From Eledone cirrhosa (lineage: Eukaryota), in contig OZ024746.1 in NCBI GenBank assembly GCA_964016885.1, positions 74,958,001 through 75,022,000 of the forward strand: a stretch of 64,000 nt of DNA, in the 5' to 3' direction. Below are positions 1 to 13,316 of this stretch, one piece after another. Numbering within the stretch: the first letter of the stretch is position 1; the number at the start of each line of letters is the position of its first letter. A program made the position numbers and the translations under genes. Below the pieces are notes generated by a model. The model saw only the letters and a program-made list of their open reading frames with translations. It made no database searches and was not told where the DNA came from.

Positions 1-12
1 TCTGAACAAATA

Positions 13-600
13 ATGGTTTATTATCTAGGCACAAAGCCAACAATTTTGAAGGGGGGGAAAGTCAATTAAATTGACCCTGGTGGGTGACTAGTACTTTATT
101 ATATCGACCCCATAAGGATGAAAGGTAAAGTTAACCTTGGTGGAATTTGAACTTAGATCATAAAGGGCCGTAACTCTATGCTGAATCTGAACAAATGATG
201 ATTTCTAGTATAGGCACAAGGCCAGCAATTTGGAGGGAGGGGAAAGTCGATTAAATCGACCCCAGTACATTACTGGTGTTTTATTTTATCGACCCTGTAA
301 GGATGAGAGGCAAAGTTAACCTCAACGGGATTTGAACTCAGACCGAAAAGGGCCGTAACTCTATGCTGAATCTGAACAAATAATGCTAGCATTTATTTAA
401 CGAATTTGTCGATAATGATGGTTTCTAATGTAGGCATTAGGCGTGCAATTTCAAGAGGAAAAGAGTCAACCTCAGTACTTGACTTATACTCCATTTTATT
501 GCCTCCAGAGCTTAAAAGGCAAAGTTGACCTCGGTACGATTTGAACTTAGAATGACTCAGAACAAATAGCACAAAACTCTAATGATTCTACTAATCCACA
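13..600 (-). mobile_element. Tandem cluster of about 3 diverged copies of tRNA-derived SINE family 1
   Basis: Repeated GGCACAAGGCCAGCAATT...TCGACCC...GGATGAAAGGCAAAGTTAACCTC...GGATTTGAACTCAG. The reverse complement carries B-box GAGTTCAAATCC. Same family as 20995-21893, 45962-46176 and 50776-50965. Confidence 0.8.
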
Positions 601-2901
601 GCCATCAATCCATCAATAATGATAATAATAATGATTTCTTTATTAGTCTCAATGGCTTGCACATATAATGCAATAAACATTATAAACTTAGTGGTTATAA
701 TAGATGTGTAGCTGGACAAACGTTTGAGTCAACAACATTATACCATAGAAGGATTAAAATTGGATAAAGACATGAAATAAGTATAACAGTAGCTATAATA
801 ACAGGAATTTCGATTTAGCAATAATAACAATAGTTATGAAAATAGTACAATTATTCCCATCTTGCTAAGATTTTCTTTTCCTATTTTTTTTGTGAGTATG
901 GTTTATTTTCTGTTTATTTCATAATTGATTCTTATAATGTTATTTTTAATCTATGATATCAGAATATCTACTTTATAAATTTTCATTGACTACAGTGCAG
1001 TATTTATAATTTAATGTTAAAGTCTTTCTGTTTTCTCCCACCCACTTTTTTTTTAAAGTTCTCTTTCCCAGCTTTCGCCCACCTATTATAAAAACAAGTA
1101 ATCTTGTATACAAAACAATTTAACATATACTTAACACTGTGTCTTGAGTGTAGAGGCTTGTCAGGCTGGAGCTTATCTCAGTTACATGGTATTCATTTTC
1201 AGTTAAGTGACCCTGTTTGAGAATTGAACCCATGACCTCAAGAATCTACCCACTATGCTGTGTACCTTCACATAATATTCATCACTATTGTCACTAAATT
1301 CCAGTAATATGGTGTGTATTTCAAAAGTAAAACATTCACTAGAGTTTACTTCAGGTTTATATCAAGCTATTCTCTTCACAAACCACCAAAATCCATTGTT
1401 AATGCATAATGAATAGCCCCAAGTGATATGTGGTGAGCTGGCAGAAGCATTAAGCCATTAGAGGAAATGCCTTGTGGTATTTATTCTGAGTTCAAATGCA
1501 GCTGAGGGCAACTTATGTTTCAAACATTTGTAATTGTTTGTAGTGAAAGGAAATCTATATATGCCAATATTAATAGCACAATCACTGCATCAACCTTTAT
1601 AACTGTGATGTTGATATTCCATACTCTCTCTCTCTCTATCTCGCTCTCACTCTCTCACTCTCTCTCTCTCTCACTCTCTCACTCTCTCACTCTCTCTCTC
1701 ACACACACACACACATGAAATTAACCAGTAATTGGACCATTAGATAAATTTAACCAATGATGTTTATAAAACAGTGTTTAGTTTGTGGAGTAATTTCCCA
1801 TCATTAACACCATGACAATGAAGGAGCAGCTGTGTTGTCATTAAAATTACTAAAAATAGAAACCAAATCACTCTCAAATCACACACTACTATATTAAAAC
1901 AGAAAAGAAATATTTGATAATGTAGTACTATATATCTATGTATGTATGGGCCTGTAATTCCTGATTGAATTGTAGTGACATATGGTGTGTCTTGGGTATT
2001 TTGAACCCGGTGGAACTAATCTCCTCTTCAGGATCAAACACAGCCAGTCACTTTCAAAGGAGAGAACATGTAATAGAGAAGAAGTAAGAGAGATATAATG
2101 GAACAATCAACCTCAGTACTGGACTTGTACCTTTTTTATTGATCTTGAAAGGATGAAAGAGCACAGAGAGCCAGAACGAATACCACAAAGCAACATCTCC
2201 AATGTTCTAATGGCTGGAAATCCACTGCCTTAGTACTAGATATACTATGTCTAAACAAGATGGAATGGTCGTGGCTGAAAAACCTGTCATGATGGCTTTT
2301 CTTGAACAGACCTTACTCGGTGCTAAAAAATAACACGAGATACTATATATGCAATAAGAGCTAATGAAGAGGCTTCTATGCAGCCACACAGTCTGCTATA
2401 AATAGCTGCTATATATCTCTAAAACTACACCCTGTAATCTTTAGAAAGGGAGGACACAATAAACAATGAAGTTCTAGATTCATTATGACTGATATGAACA
2501 CATTTTGGTCACTAGCTAGAATATCTTTGATGGATAGCTTTGCAAAATCAGTGCTAACCTGGGCTAAACAACACCTACAACAACAACATAATGGATATCA
2601 CAGCATTCTCTTTCCTCCCTGCTAGATTCTGCATGCATGTCAAAAGCTTATTGTATTATGTATGTTCAGTTAAAACAACGGTGAAATTATAAAAATTAAA
2701 TACTAAGTCTCCATAAAAGTATGATTATATAAATATCTTTTATCTAGATGTTACCAATAGGCTTGCCACTATAACAGTTACACTGAAAATGTCCTATATA
2801 TCTTATAAATGGATCTTTGTTCTGTAGAATGACAAGATCTGGACTGTTGGTGTAGTCATCAACAATAAGGCAGTGGCTTTCTTTTAGTTATCTGAGTGCA
2901 T

Positions 2902-2962
<61 letters not shown>

Positions 2963-3359
2963 GCACACACACTCAATGTTTATGTTTATATACACATTCA
3001 CACCTCAGTTAATCTTGCATATGTACAGATATGTATTTATTGTATATTTTGCCTGTTTAGTACACAATTCAATATATACTGAAATAAGTTACTGGCATAA
3101 ACAGTGAGCAGTGATAAAATGCAAATTAGTGTCTCCTTTTCAGTGTTGCTACTACATTTGGTATGTTTCATAAAGCCATTAGCTGAATATTTCCTTGTAA
3201 TTGGTCATTGATAGTCAGTCACCTGATAGAATATCAATTAAGGTTGTTCATCAACTTTTTTAATCTACAAGGAAATATGTGAATTTAACACGGTAACATG
3301 GCTATATGTTCATTCATGCTACCTTGGTTAATTCTCTACTGTATCTGTACAGATATATA

Positions 3360-4320
3360 TATTTCATGAACAGGATTGACATGCTCTGCCAGGTTGGAAG
3401 TGGTATCATGACTGGCAAGTGTAAAATCAGTCAGCTGGTATTTACAGAGCACAGGGTGTTACTTTATTCAACAGAAGGTGATCTACAACTTGCACTTGAT
3501 AGGTTTCATGCTGAGTGCTGCTGCATGACTGGAATTAAAATCAGTGTCGCAAACACTGAGACACTTGTCCTGTCAAGGAAGCCTGTGCAGTGCACTCTAC
3601 ATGTGTGCAGGTGGAATGCACTCTACATGTGTGCAGGTGGAATGCACTCTACATGTGTGCAGGTGGAATGCACTCTACATGTGTGCAGGTGGAATGCACT
3701 CTACATGTGTGCAGGTGGAGTGCACTCTACATGTGTGCAGGTGGAGTTCACTCTACATGTGTGCAGGTGGAGTGCACTCTACATGTGTGCAGGTGGAATG
3801 CACTCTACATGTGTGCAGGTGGAATGCACTCTACATGTGTGCAGGTGGAGAAGTTCAAGTATCTTGGGGCTATGTTCATGTGTGATGGGAAGCAGGAGGC
3901 AGAATTAAGTGTAAGAATTGCAGGAGCTGGTGCAGTAATGTGCCAGCTTCAGCATTTGGTAATCAGAAGAAGGGCGGTAGGTGTAAAAGCCAAACTCGCT
4001 ATCTTCAATTTGGTATTCATGCCAACCCTTACCTATGGTCTTGAATCTTGGATAATAACCCAAAGAATACAACTGCAAATACAAGCAGCCAAAATGGGGT
4101 TCCTCTGAAGGATCTTTGGAGGAACGTTACTCGATAGAATTCGTAGCTTGGAGATCAGATAGTCACTCCAGGTAGAGCTGTTACAAATTGAGAGTTCACA
4201 GCTCTGCTACTATGGGCATGAGGTTAGAATGTCTGGGGAAAGAATCACTGGACAGATTGTGTAGGGCAAAACCAACTGGCAGGTGACCCAGGAGTAGACC
4301 CTGAGCAAGATGGTTGAATA
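3360..4320 (+). mobile_element. Degenerate RTE-clade LINE fragment (RT C-terminal region)
   Basis: Peptides DLQLALDRFHAECC..GIKISVANTETLVLSRK, VEKFKYLG, PTLTYGLESW, IQAAKMGFL and a GR-PR-RP-like tail are typical of RTE ORF2. Stops and frameshifts present. Confidence 0.8.
3591..3850 (+). repeat. 26-bp minisatellite x10 inside the RTE fragment
   Basis: Unit TGCACTCTACATGTGTGCAGGTGGA(A/G), 10 near-identical copies counted. Confidence 0.95.
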
Positions 4321-4450
4321 TATATATTGTATATGTTGGGTGCTCATACATTACAAGTTTGCTATCTGTAAAACATAATTCTGCATTACACTCCCTGGAT
4401 ATATATATATATATATAGAGAGAGCGAGAGAGAGAGAGAGCATTGGCATG

Positions 4451-4790
4451 GAGGCACATGGCTTAGTGGTTAGAGCATTGGGCTTGCAATCGAAAGGTTG
4501 TGAGTTCAAATCTCAGACTGGGTGATGTGTTGTTTCCTTGAGCAAGACACTTTATTTCATATTGCTCCAGTTTACTCAGGTGTAGAAATGAGATGATAGG
4601 GACTGGGGTCCATATCATTCCACTGCAAAGTGGTCGTGGAGGTGCCACGGCAAAAAAGCACCCAGCACTCACTGTAAATGAGGTTGGTGTTAGGAAGGGC
4701 ATCCAGCTGTAGAAATCAAGCCAGAATCAGTTCCCGTCCCACCCTTGCAAGCAGGGAAAAAGCGGACATAAAATGGAATGATGATGGAAT
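4451..4790 (+). mobile_element. tRNA-derived SINE family 2 (CORE-like central block)
   Basis: A-box TGGCTTAGTGG, B-box GAGTTCAAATC, then a TGT(G/T)TCCTTGAGCAAGACACTT block and (ATG)n tail. Related copies at about 16025-16300, 16733-17020, 29066-29310, 30153-30270, 39765-39990, 43300-43620 and 45690-45920. Confidence 0.75.
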
Positions 4791-4898
4791 GATGATATAT
4801 ACAATACAAATAAATACACAGACACGTGCGAATACATACATATACATGCATATACCCACATATGTCCCTGAATTTGTGTTTTGAAACTCTAAATGAGG

Positions 4899-4994
4899 TA
4901 TCCTCTTCATAAGTCGGCAAACCTCACAAAAATACTGCATCTCTATGATGTAATGTTTTTGCATAATAGCCACGAAACTACGTAGTCGAGGATA
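4899..4994 (+). ncRNA. Degenerate hammerhead ribozyme (family P4 copy, G5 mutated)
   Basis: Stem I TATCCTC/GAGGATA, core TTCATAA (TTGATAA in the other copies), long stem II, GAAA-CTACGTAG-TC. Confidence 0.55.
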
Positions 4995-5145
4995 ATGAAG
5001 GAATTTAGGTATATTATATCTTTTTATTTATATCTAATATTTCTTCTTTCTTTATAATGTATTATATATATATATAATGACCCACCCTTGCAAGCAGGGA
5101 AAAGTGGACATAAAATGATGATGATGATGATGATGATGATGAATG

Positions 5146-5187
<42 letters not shown>

Positions 5188-5189
5188 TA

Positions 5190-5419
5190 TATTTTTTTCA
5201 AGAGATGTCAACGTGAATGGACCTGTTATTTTTATCTAAAGACATTTTTTCCAATTCCATCCCGCCCGTCTCCTCAATCTATTTTATTTCTCAGTCTTTC
5301 TTCGGATGAAGGACTAGCGTCCGAAACGTTAAGATGCTCTTCCTGCTATATCAAGCGTTAACCTAATATATACCTTCCATATACTGTACCGATTGTGTTG
5401 TTATTTCTGTTTACCTTTT

Positions 5420-5421
<2 letters not shown>
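5190..5421 (+). mobile_element. Small microsatellite-flanked element (family P2) with minimal hammerhead-like motif
   Basis: TCTT-CGGATGA-A-GGAC TAGC GTCC-GAAA-CGTT-AAGA near 5300-5335. The same 3' end recurs at 62830-62878, and a related motif (CCGATGAAAGACTAGCATCCGAAAC) lies near 47477. Confidence 0.5.
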
Positions 5422-5489
<68 letters not shown>

Positions 5490-5607
5490 TTTAATAAATA
5501 TTTGCTCTACGGTTCTTATATATTTGATATATATTTATCCTTATCGAGCCCTCTTTGGATTTTAGTCTTCAAATTTATTATTATTACTATATATATATAT
5601 ATATATA

Positions 5608-5689
<82 letters not shown>

Positions 5690-5891
5690 ATGTGTGTATA
5701 TATACACACCCAACCACCAGGGCTCCACACATATATATGTGTATGTACATGTATACATATACCAATTATTTAGTATGTAGGATTAATATTTTGTATATTT
5801 ACTCACAAAGTTATTCTTTTTATTATTATTTTTACATTCAAAGCAGAGATTTTGTTCAGACATTTTATAAATACTACATTTTTATTTTAAT

Positions 5892-5956
<65 letters not shown>

Positions 5957-7200
5957 GTGCACATTTCTTTTTGTTATTTCTGTTCAGTAAGAAAATATTA
6001 AAATTTCCTCTTAATCTTTTGAAACCAAATAAGAATGAAAAGCTATATTTTATAAATTCTATTTATATAATTCTATTTTATAAAACTCTTTAAAACTGGT
6101 CTTTTAGTGAGGATATTTTCTCTTCTTTTATTCTTCTTTCAGTCATCTAATTCTCTGCTCCTTTCTTTTTTGTCTTCTATTTCTTCTCTTCCTTATTTTT
6201 TCTCCTACTCCTTCATCTTCTACTTCATCTTCTTGATCATCTACTTCTCCTTCTTCATTTTCATCTTCTCTCTTTATTTATAATTTTTTATCTATTTATT
6301 TATTAATTCTTGCTCACATTTTTCTAATGTAATATCATGCCCCCACTCTCCATTCTAGTCTCCTCTGCAATACCTGACTAGACTTTCTTTCTACCTTTGA
6401 TAATCATTTTTCAATTTTTTTTTTGTTTGCATTATTTTTTTATAAACTCTTTCTTTCACACACCCTCCTCTTCCTACCCCTCCTTCCCACACCTCCACAC
6501 CTTTCTTAAATCTAAAAAAAAAGTTTCTAAAATCAATTAATTTAAATGAATCAATACAAACAGTGTGACCCAGGTTCCCCTCTGGTAAGCGTAACTGTTC
6601 ATAAAAGGCTCTGCTCTGCTCTACCGGTATGTGTGGAGGTACAACTGAACAGAGCAGGTAGGAGCTGATTGTGGTGCTGGTGTTGGGGTGAGCAAAGGGA
6701 AGAATGCTATATCATCAAGGAACTTAATCAATAATGAAAATTCTTTCTTATTTCCATGTTTAATTAAAACTTGGTGGGGCGCCTTCTTCGTTTTCTCCAT
6801 AGAGAAGGAAGATATTTGTTTGTTCTTTTGGAACGTGGAAAGTCCCTGGGTTAATTAAAAAGTAGAGTCAGTTCTTTTATTTTTTATTTCTTGTTTTTGT
6901 GGGTGGTTGATTTGTTTTTTTTCTCCTTCCTTGTTTCACTGCCTCCTCCACCTCATGCCCTCCACCCCCACCCCCCTCTTTTCCTCTTGCTGTTCTTTCT
7001 TCTTTCGAGTTATATAGATTTCATATTGGCTTTCTTTTGATTTGTTTTCTGAAAAAGTTTTCCTCTGTGAACATATCCTGCCAAGTTCATAGATTAATTT
7101 ATAAACATTTCAGCTTTCATGTCAACTGAAGTGTCCGTTATTTGCTTTCCTATCCATAAACTATTTCTATAAAGCTCTAATAACAACAACAATAACCACC

Positions 7201-7243
<43 letters not shown>

Positions 7244-9059
7244 TTTAAAAATAATGATAATAAAGATAATGAATTAAACAAGTAAGGAAAAGGGGGTAAG
7301 AACAATAGAAAATACAAAAACAAAAAGTATTTTAACTACATGGTTTTGTTAAAAATAAAAAATATAACATTCTAGCTAAGTGATACTTTCTCTTGTGTTT
7401 TGTTGAACTTCAGTCAACTTTGGTGATTAATTTCTTCCGACCGTTTGCCTTTGAAGTATTTTTCTCCTGTAAAATAAAGATCAGGCATTCACTAAAAGGT
7501 TACTGCTATGTAAGATAATAATATTCCTTGATTTTCATTAAATCTTATCATCACACCGACAACATAATGACATCAACGACAACGACATCGACCAACACCA
7601 CCTCCGACCACCACAAATGATGACATGAGACTTTTTAGTTTTCTTCTTCATTGCTATTAAGTATCATCTCTCTCCCACCAAATAAAGTACCAGCACCACT
7701 GGGTGTTTTCTTGATAGACTTTAAACTGTTCATCAACCTTTATTTATTACACTTTCGCAACACTTTTTACCAATTCCTTATATAGCAAAAGCTGACATTT
7801 TATTGCTTCTTTTTTTTTTTTTTTTTTTTTGTTCTTTTAATTTTTGGACTCATCATCATCATCATCATCATCGTCCTAGACATTATTTATTTATTATATT
7901 TTGTTTGTTTGTTTTGACACTTCCTAATTTTAAGAGAATATATTATTTTAAATTGTCAGATGGGTAATGAGTGAGTGTGGAGGGGGTTGAAACACAAACA
8001 AAAGTAAAAAACAAAAAAAAGGTTATCTTTTAGACACTGTACATTTCACTCTTGACATTTTGCTGTGTTTTTTTAATAATTTTATTTTTTGTTATTTTTT
8101 TTTATACATTCTTTTTTAAATTTCTTGTTTGGTGTTTGAAAATGGCCATCTTTTAATGAGGTATGTGTGTGTTTGAGTCTTGTGTGTTGTTGTTAATCTT
8201 GGTGTTGTCGTGTCTTGTCATTATCATTGTTAACTAAATTATATATTATAGTTGATTGATCAACTGTATTGATTAGTTCATTGGAGAAAAAATAGTCACT
8301 GACTTTTATATATTCTGTTGTAATTAAAGGCCAACTGCTTCTATTGCCTTCGTAAAACATTAAAACCACACATACACACATGCACACACATACACACACA
8401 TACACACTCAACAAAAAAAAAAGAGCAAACATGTTATTATATTGATTTAGGTTTTTATAGGTTCAATTCCTACTGAAGAGAGTGTATTTTGCTCTATATT
8501 TTTTCGAACTACACTACATTATTTCTCTTTAAAACAAGAAGGGCACCTCCTTTCCTTCCGAGAATGGTGGGAAGAATGAGGAAGGTATCCTTAAACGAGG
8601 GAACTGGCCTGAATGTTTGCTACAGAATGTTCCACTAAATTCTCCCAAGGGCCATGTGATGGCATTAACCAGAACTATAGTTTTGATTTATATCCATATT
8701 ATTATCAATATTTATCATCATTATCACTGTTTTTGTAGGCACTTTTCCATGCTGATTTAGGTTAGATGAGGGGTTTATGATGTTGTATTCTACAGTCAGA
8801 TGCTTTCCTGATGTTAACCCTTGTTTGTAAATAAGTTACTGATCTCATCATCATCATCACCACTTAACATCTGTTTTTTCCACACTAGCATAGATAAAAA
8901 CGTGTTGTCATGTTGTGTAACAAGCCGGGTCAGATGACCATGTCTTGCTCACACAGAACTGTTTCTAGTTCGGTTTCTACAGCTGGAAATCCCTCATAAT
9001 GCCAACCATATTTACAGTGGAGACGGGGTGCTGTTTATGGTGGCACCAAAATAACCAGC

Positions 9060-9530
9060 TGACAGGTTCGATTGATCTATTCATATCAAAATGGCAAATG
9101 ATCATGTGAAAGCTCCCGTAATTTGTTTTGACAAATTTTTTTTTTTTTTTGGTACTGTTGTTGCTTCACTTCAAGTCACTTCTGATGAAAAGCATCCCCA
9201 GTTCAACATTCCATCTTCTACATGCAGGAAACTCATTGCCACATTATTGACAGAGCTTTATTTGAGGAAATTTGGACTGCTATTTTCTAGCGGATCAGAT
9301 GACTGCATAGAGGTTTTGCTCACTAGCTCACTCTATGTATTGTGTATGTGATTGGGGCACCATCCCATATATTTGTTTGTTTTATATAGATAGAGCAGCT
9401 GTTGAGGGTTTTAAACATTTTCTGACCCTGGAAAGGAAAATCTACCCTTTGTGATGGCATCTTGACTATGTCAAGAATGTGTGGTCGCCATGAAAGGTTA
9501 TCAGAGATTGTGAAACCAAACATTTGTTGG
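9060..9530 (-). mobile_element. Degenerate non-LTR retrotransposon fragment (CR1/L2/Jockey-like)
   Basis: Minus-strand peptide FGFTISDNLSWRPHILDIVK..SQRV resembles the LG(V)TI..LSW..HI motif downstream of RT. Confidence 0.5.
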
Positions 9531-9626
9531 AAACTGTGATTATATATATATAATATATAATATATATGTGTGTGTGTGGTATCTCTCTCTCTACATATAT
9601 ATATCAAGGTATCTATCTCTCTCTCT

Positions 9627-9660
<34 letters not shown>

Positions 9661-9931
9661 AAAGGTGAAGGGAAAATGGGGTTCCTTCAAACCCATGCCA
9701 GCATGGAAAAGCAGACTTAAAAGGATGATTAAATATATATATATATATATATCCCCTTTTTAATTTCAGTTTATTTTGATCATGCTTTTATATTTTATTT
9801 TTATTTCATTCCTTTTATTTTGATCATGCTTTATTTTTATTTTTATTTTTAATTTCATTCGCACTGTTTCCTTTCGCTATATGTCTCTCCACCACTCCCC
9901 TACACACCCTTTGAACTCTGTTCCCACACAC

Positions 9932-10131
9932 NNNNNNNNNNNNNNNNNNNNNNNNNNNNNNNNNNNNNNNNNNNNNNNNNNNNNNNNNNNNNNNNNNNNN
10001 NNNNNNNNNNNNNNNNNNNNNNNNNNNNNNNNNNNNNNNNNNNNNNNNNNNNNNNNNNNNNNNNNNNNNNNNNNNNNNNNNNNNNNNNNNNNNNNNNNNN
10101 NNNNNNNNNNNNNNNNNNNNNNNNNNNNNNN
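9932..10131. other. Assembly gap (200 N)
   Basis: Run of N characters. Confidence 1.
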
Positions 10132-10193
10132 TGAAATTAATAAACATTCGTTGTACTGCCTCTCTGTTTTGTTCCTGTTCAAATTTTTCCATT

Positions 10194-10225
<32 letters not shown>

Positions 10226-10228
10226 ATA

Positions 10229-10271
<43 letters not shown>

Positions 10272-10272
10272 G

Positions 10273-10342
<70 letters not shown>

Positions 10343-10384
10343 GATATATATATATATATGATATATATATATATATATATATAT

Positions 10385-10629
10385 ATAGGAACAAGACCCC
10401 GACGGCTGAGCTCAAGCCGTTTCGACGGCTAATTCTGTACTGAATGAAAATTTATTCTCCGAATAAATTTATTCTCAGAATAAATTTTCATTCAGTACAG
10501 AATTAGCCGTCGAAACGCTTGAGCTCAGCCGTCGGGGTCTTACTTGTTCCTATTACCCACTCTACTACCCTAAGTATTGAGTACTTTGGTGCGTTATGGT
10601 CCACCTGGTTCCTTACCACATTTCCTTCG

Positions 10630-10632
<3 letters not shown>
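10385..10632 (+). mobile_element. (TA)n-inserted element family P1 with inverted (fold-back) 5' arm
   Basis: Imperfect palindrome 10385-10553, then tail ...GGTGCGTTATGGTCCACCTGG..., flanked both sides by (TA)n. Other copies at 22668-22870, 29743-29880 (-) and 48117-48620. Confidence 0.75.
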
Positions 10633-10693
<61 letters not shown>

Positions 10694-11128
10694 TATATAT
10701 ATAGGCACACGTAGACATAGATATATACATATATGTATGTATCTGTGAAAGAAACTGTTATACAGGCAGAGGCCAGATGTAAGGAAGCCTCCTATCAAAA
10801 TTGTTATCAAGCCGTCTACATAATCCTATAATCTAGTCTATGTTTTAACTTAGACAATTAGAGGTCTGGCCAGTCACAGATATCAACTATAAAACATCTG
10901 TGTCTATCTATCTATCTATTTATTTATCTAGCTATATATCTAATACATATATCTATGTGTACATACATATAAATACACACACACACACACACGTACATAT
11001 GATTGCAGAGAAAATGGATGTAAGATGAAGATGATATATATGTACATACTTATATATATATTATATATTTTATATATATATATATATACATATATATATT
11101 ATATTATATATATACATACATATATATC

Positions 11129-11204
<76 letters not shown>

Positions 11205-11224
11205 TATATATATACATATATATG

Positions 11225-11256
<32 letters not shown>

Positions 11257-13165
11257 TGCATGTGTGTTGGTGTTTATAGGATATAAACTTCAATTACCAG
11301 CAAATTTTCTTTTATAACATTAAAATGCTTTTATAAAATATATTTAACAAAATTGTTCATTTCCAGTCTATTACCTTTGTGAGATATCTTATCTGAAGGC
11401 ATATTAATGGCAAGTTTTATGCCATTAGATAGCCAAAATACATTTAAATATATCTAGTTATCTATCCATCCACCTAACCATCCATCTATATGTCAATCTA
11501 TTTATGCATATATCTTTCTATCAATCTATCATCTCACCCCCCCCCCCTATCTATATGCCTGTGTTTATATATCTGTATATGTGTGTGAGTATGTCTGAGT
11601 ATGTATGTATTATGATTCTTTACAAATATTTCCAGTTTATATTGTAATTGTTTAGATATGTGTGTGTGTGTGTGTGTGTGTATTTTTATGCAAATGAATG
11701 TGTGCTTCTCAGTCTCTATTTGTGTATGTGTGTGCATGTGTGTGTGTCCGTGATGAAAAATCTATCGGTATCCATTCATCCATAACTGGATGATTGATCC
11801 ATCACTTCATCTTCAAGCCTACCAGGCTGTGTGGAGAACTGTTTTCACTTACATCAAACCTTCTTGATACATTGAAGAATTATTACCCTGGATAGTTAAT
11901 TTGCAAGGATATGAAATAAATCCCTTTATTACACCCAAAAGCAGAATAAACTGGAGAGTAAAACTAATTATACTTCCATTTAAATATATAATTGATTATA
12001 CTTTAATTTGAAAACAAACACTAAATCTGTATTATCACAGGTTAGAGAAAAAGAAAGTTTGTCATGAGGTTTGCATGGCTAACCCAACTCTATCAAAGAT
12101 GGCATTAATATGTTTGTTGTCGTTATCACAGTTTAGAGATTAATGACATTTGTCATAAAGCTTCCATGGCTAACCTAGTAAAGATGGCCTTAAAATAGTT
12201 GTTGCTGTCATGGTTGTTTTGCTCCAGATCTGCATTGATTCAGCATAACCTATGATCAAACACATTCCAGCTGTCACCTTCCCTATGAAAAAAAAAACAA
12301 AAAGCCTTCTAAATATGATGACCCCATTTTATTTCCAATAATACTGTATCTAGAACTGTGTCCTTAATTTTTTTAAGGAATGTGAGTTGTAGGAGAATTT
12401 AGCTGCTATTTCTACAAGTTGAATGATCATGTAGAACTCTCTCTAGTATTGCTTTTGATAGAAAATAGTGTGAGGAACTCTGTGAGTGGGTTATTTTGTC
12501 TAGCTGAGGTATTGGATAACTATTGGGCTATACAGATTAGAGAAAACCAATGTTTGTAATAACGAGTCGAATCATGTTCTTGGGTGATAGACTTAATCTA
12601 TAGTGGTGAATTGGGAGAGTTGTTAGGACATCAGATTGAAAATGCCTCACAATTTGTTCTGAGTTCAAATCTCATCAAGGTAAAACTTTGCTTTTTATCC
12701 TTCCGATGTTGGTTTTCCTCTCTCTTTCTCTCTCTCTGTGTTAAAAGAACCACCAAAAGTCAGGATGGCATTCATACATTTCCAGCAGGAGTTAAGGACC
12801 CCTTAACCTTCTTACCTAGACTTAATGTGTTGCTCAGTTGAATACCACCGCATGGTCCCTGGCTGCTTTTAGTAGAGATCACTACATTTCCAAGCATTCA
12901 AGCTAGGCCTCTAGTCTGAGGATAACTTCCTTGACTCCTCACACCAATCATGGATGCTGCTCTGCTCTCCCTAATCTGACTAAGTCAGAAAATAAAATAA
13001 ATTTTCAACAAGTGGGAATAAATGTTGCACTGTCTTTAGACTAATCCTCAATATCTGAGATACTTTTAAAGATTAAAAATTGTCTGGGAAGCTGAAGAAG
13101 GTCCAGCTACAGTATAAATGAGGGCATTGTTTAACAGCCAACCACTAGATCTAAGATTTGTTTTC

Positions 13166-13316
13166 AGATAAAATATTTTCTGGCTGTGCTGAGAGGCTTG
13201 GGGTGGTACTGGTAAAGGGAGACATTGACAACTTATCTTAGTATGAATAAGAAACCTAGTTTTGTTGGTTGTGGCCTTAGCTTTTCTAAGATAACTCTTA
13301 TCTTGCTAGATGATAA
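13166..13316. promoter_or_regulatory. Cluster of five WGATAA (GATA) sites, candidate intronic enhancer of the FOG gene
   Basis: AGATAA 13166, TTATCT 13233, AGATAA 13289, TTATCT 13298 and TGATAA 13311 in non-repetitive sequence. Confidence 0.35.

Noticed and set aside
3306-4108. Cys-rich repeat ORFs, or a CRISPR-like array
   Set aside because: Contiguous 26-bp minisatellite with no spacers, inside an RTE fragment.
6560-6720. GC-richer island with CATAAAA, several GT donors and a CTGCTCTG/CAGAGCAG inverted repeat (alternative first exon or miRNA?)
   Set aside because: No convincing ORF, acceptor or long hairpin. It could be regulatory but cannot be supported from sequence alone.
13168-13211. 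Possible FOG micro-exon (TTTTCAG...GTAAAG)
   Set aside because: No similarity to FOG or PR sequence, and it does not give a convincing phase-compatible peptide.
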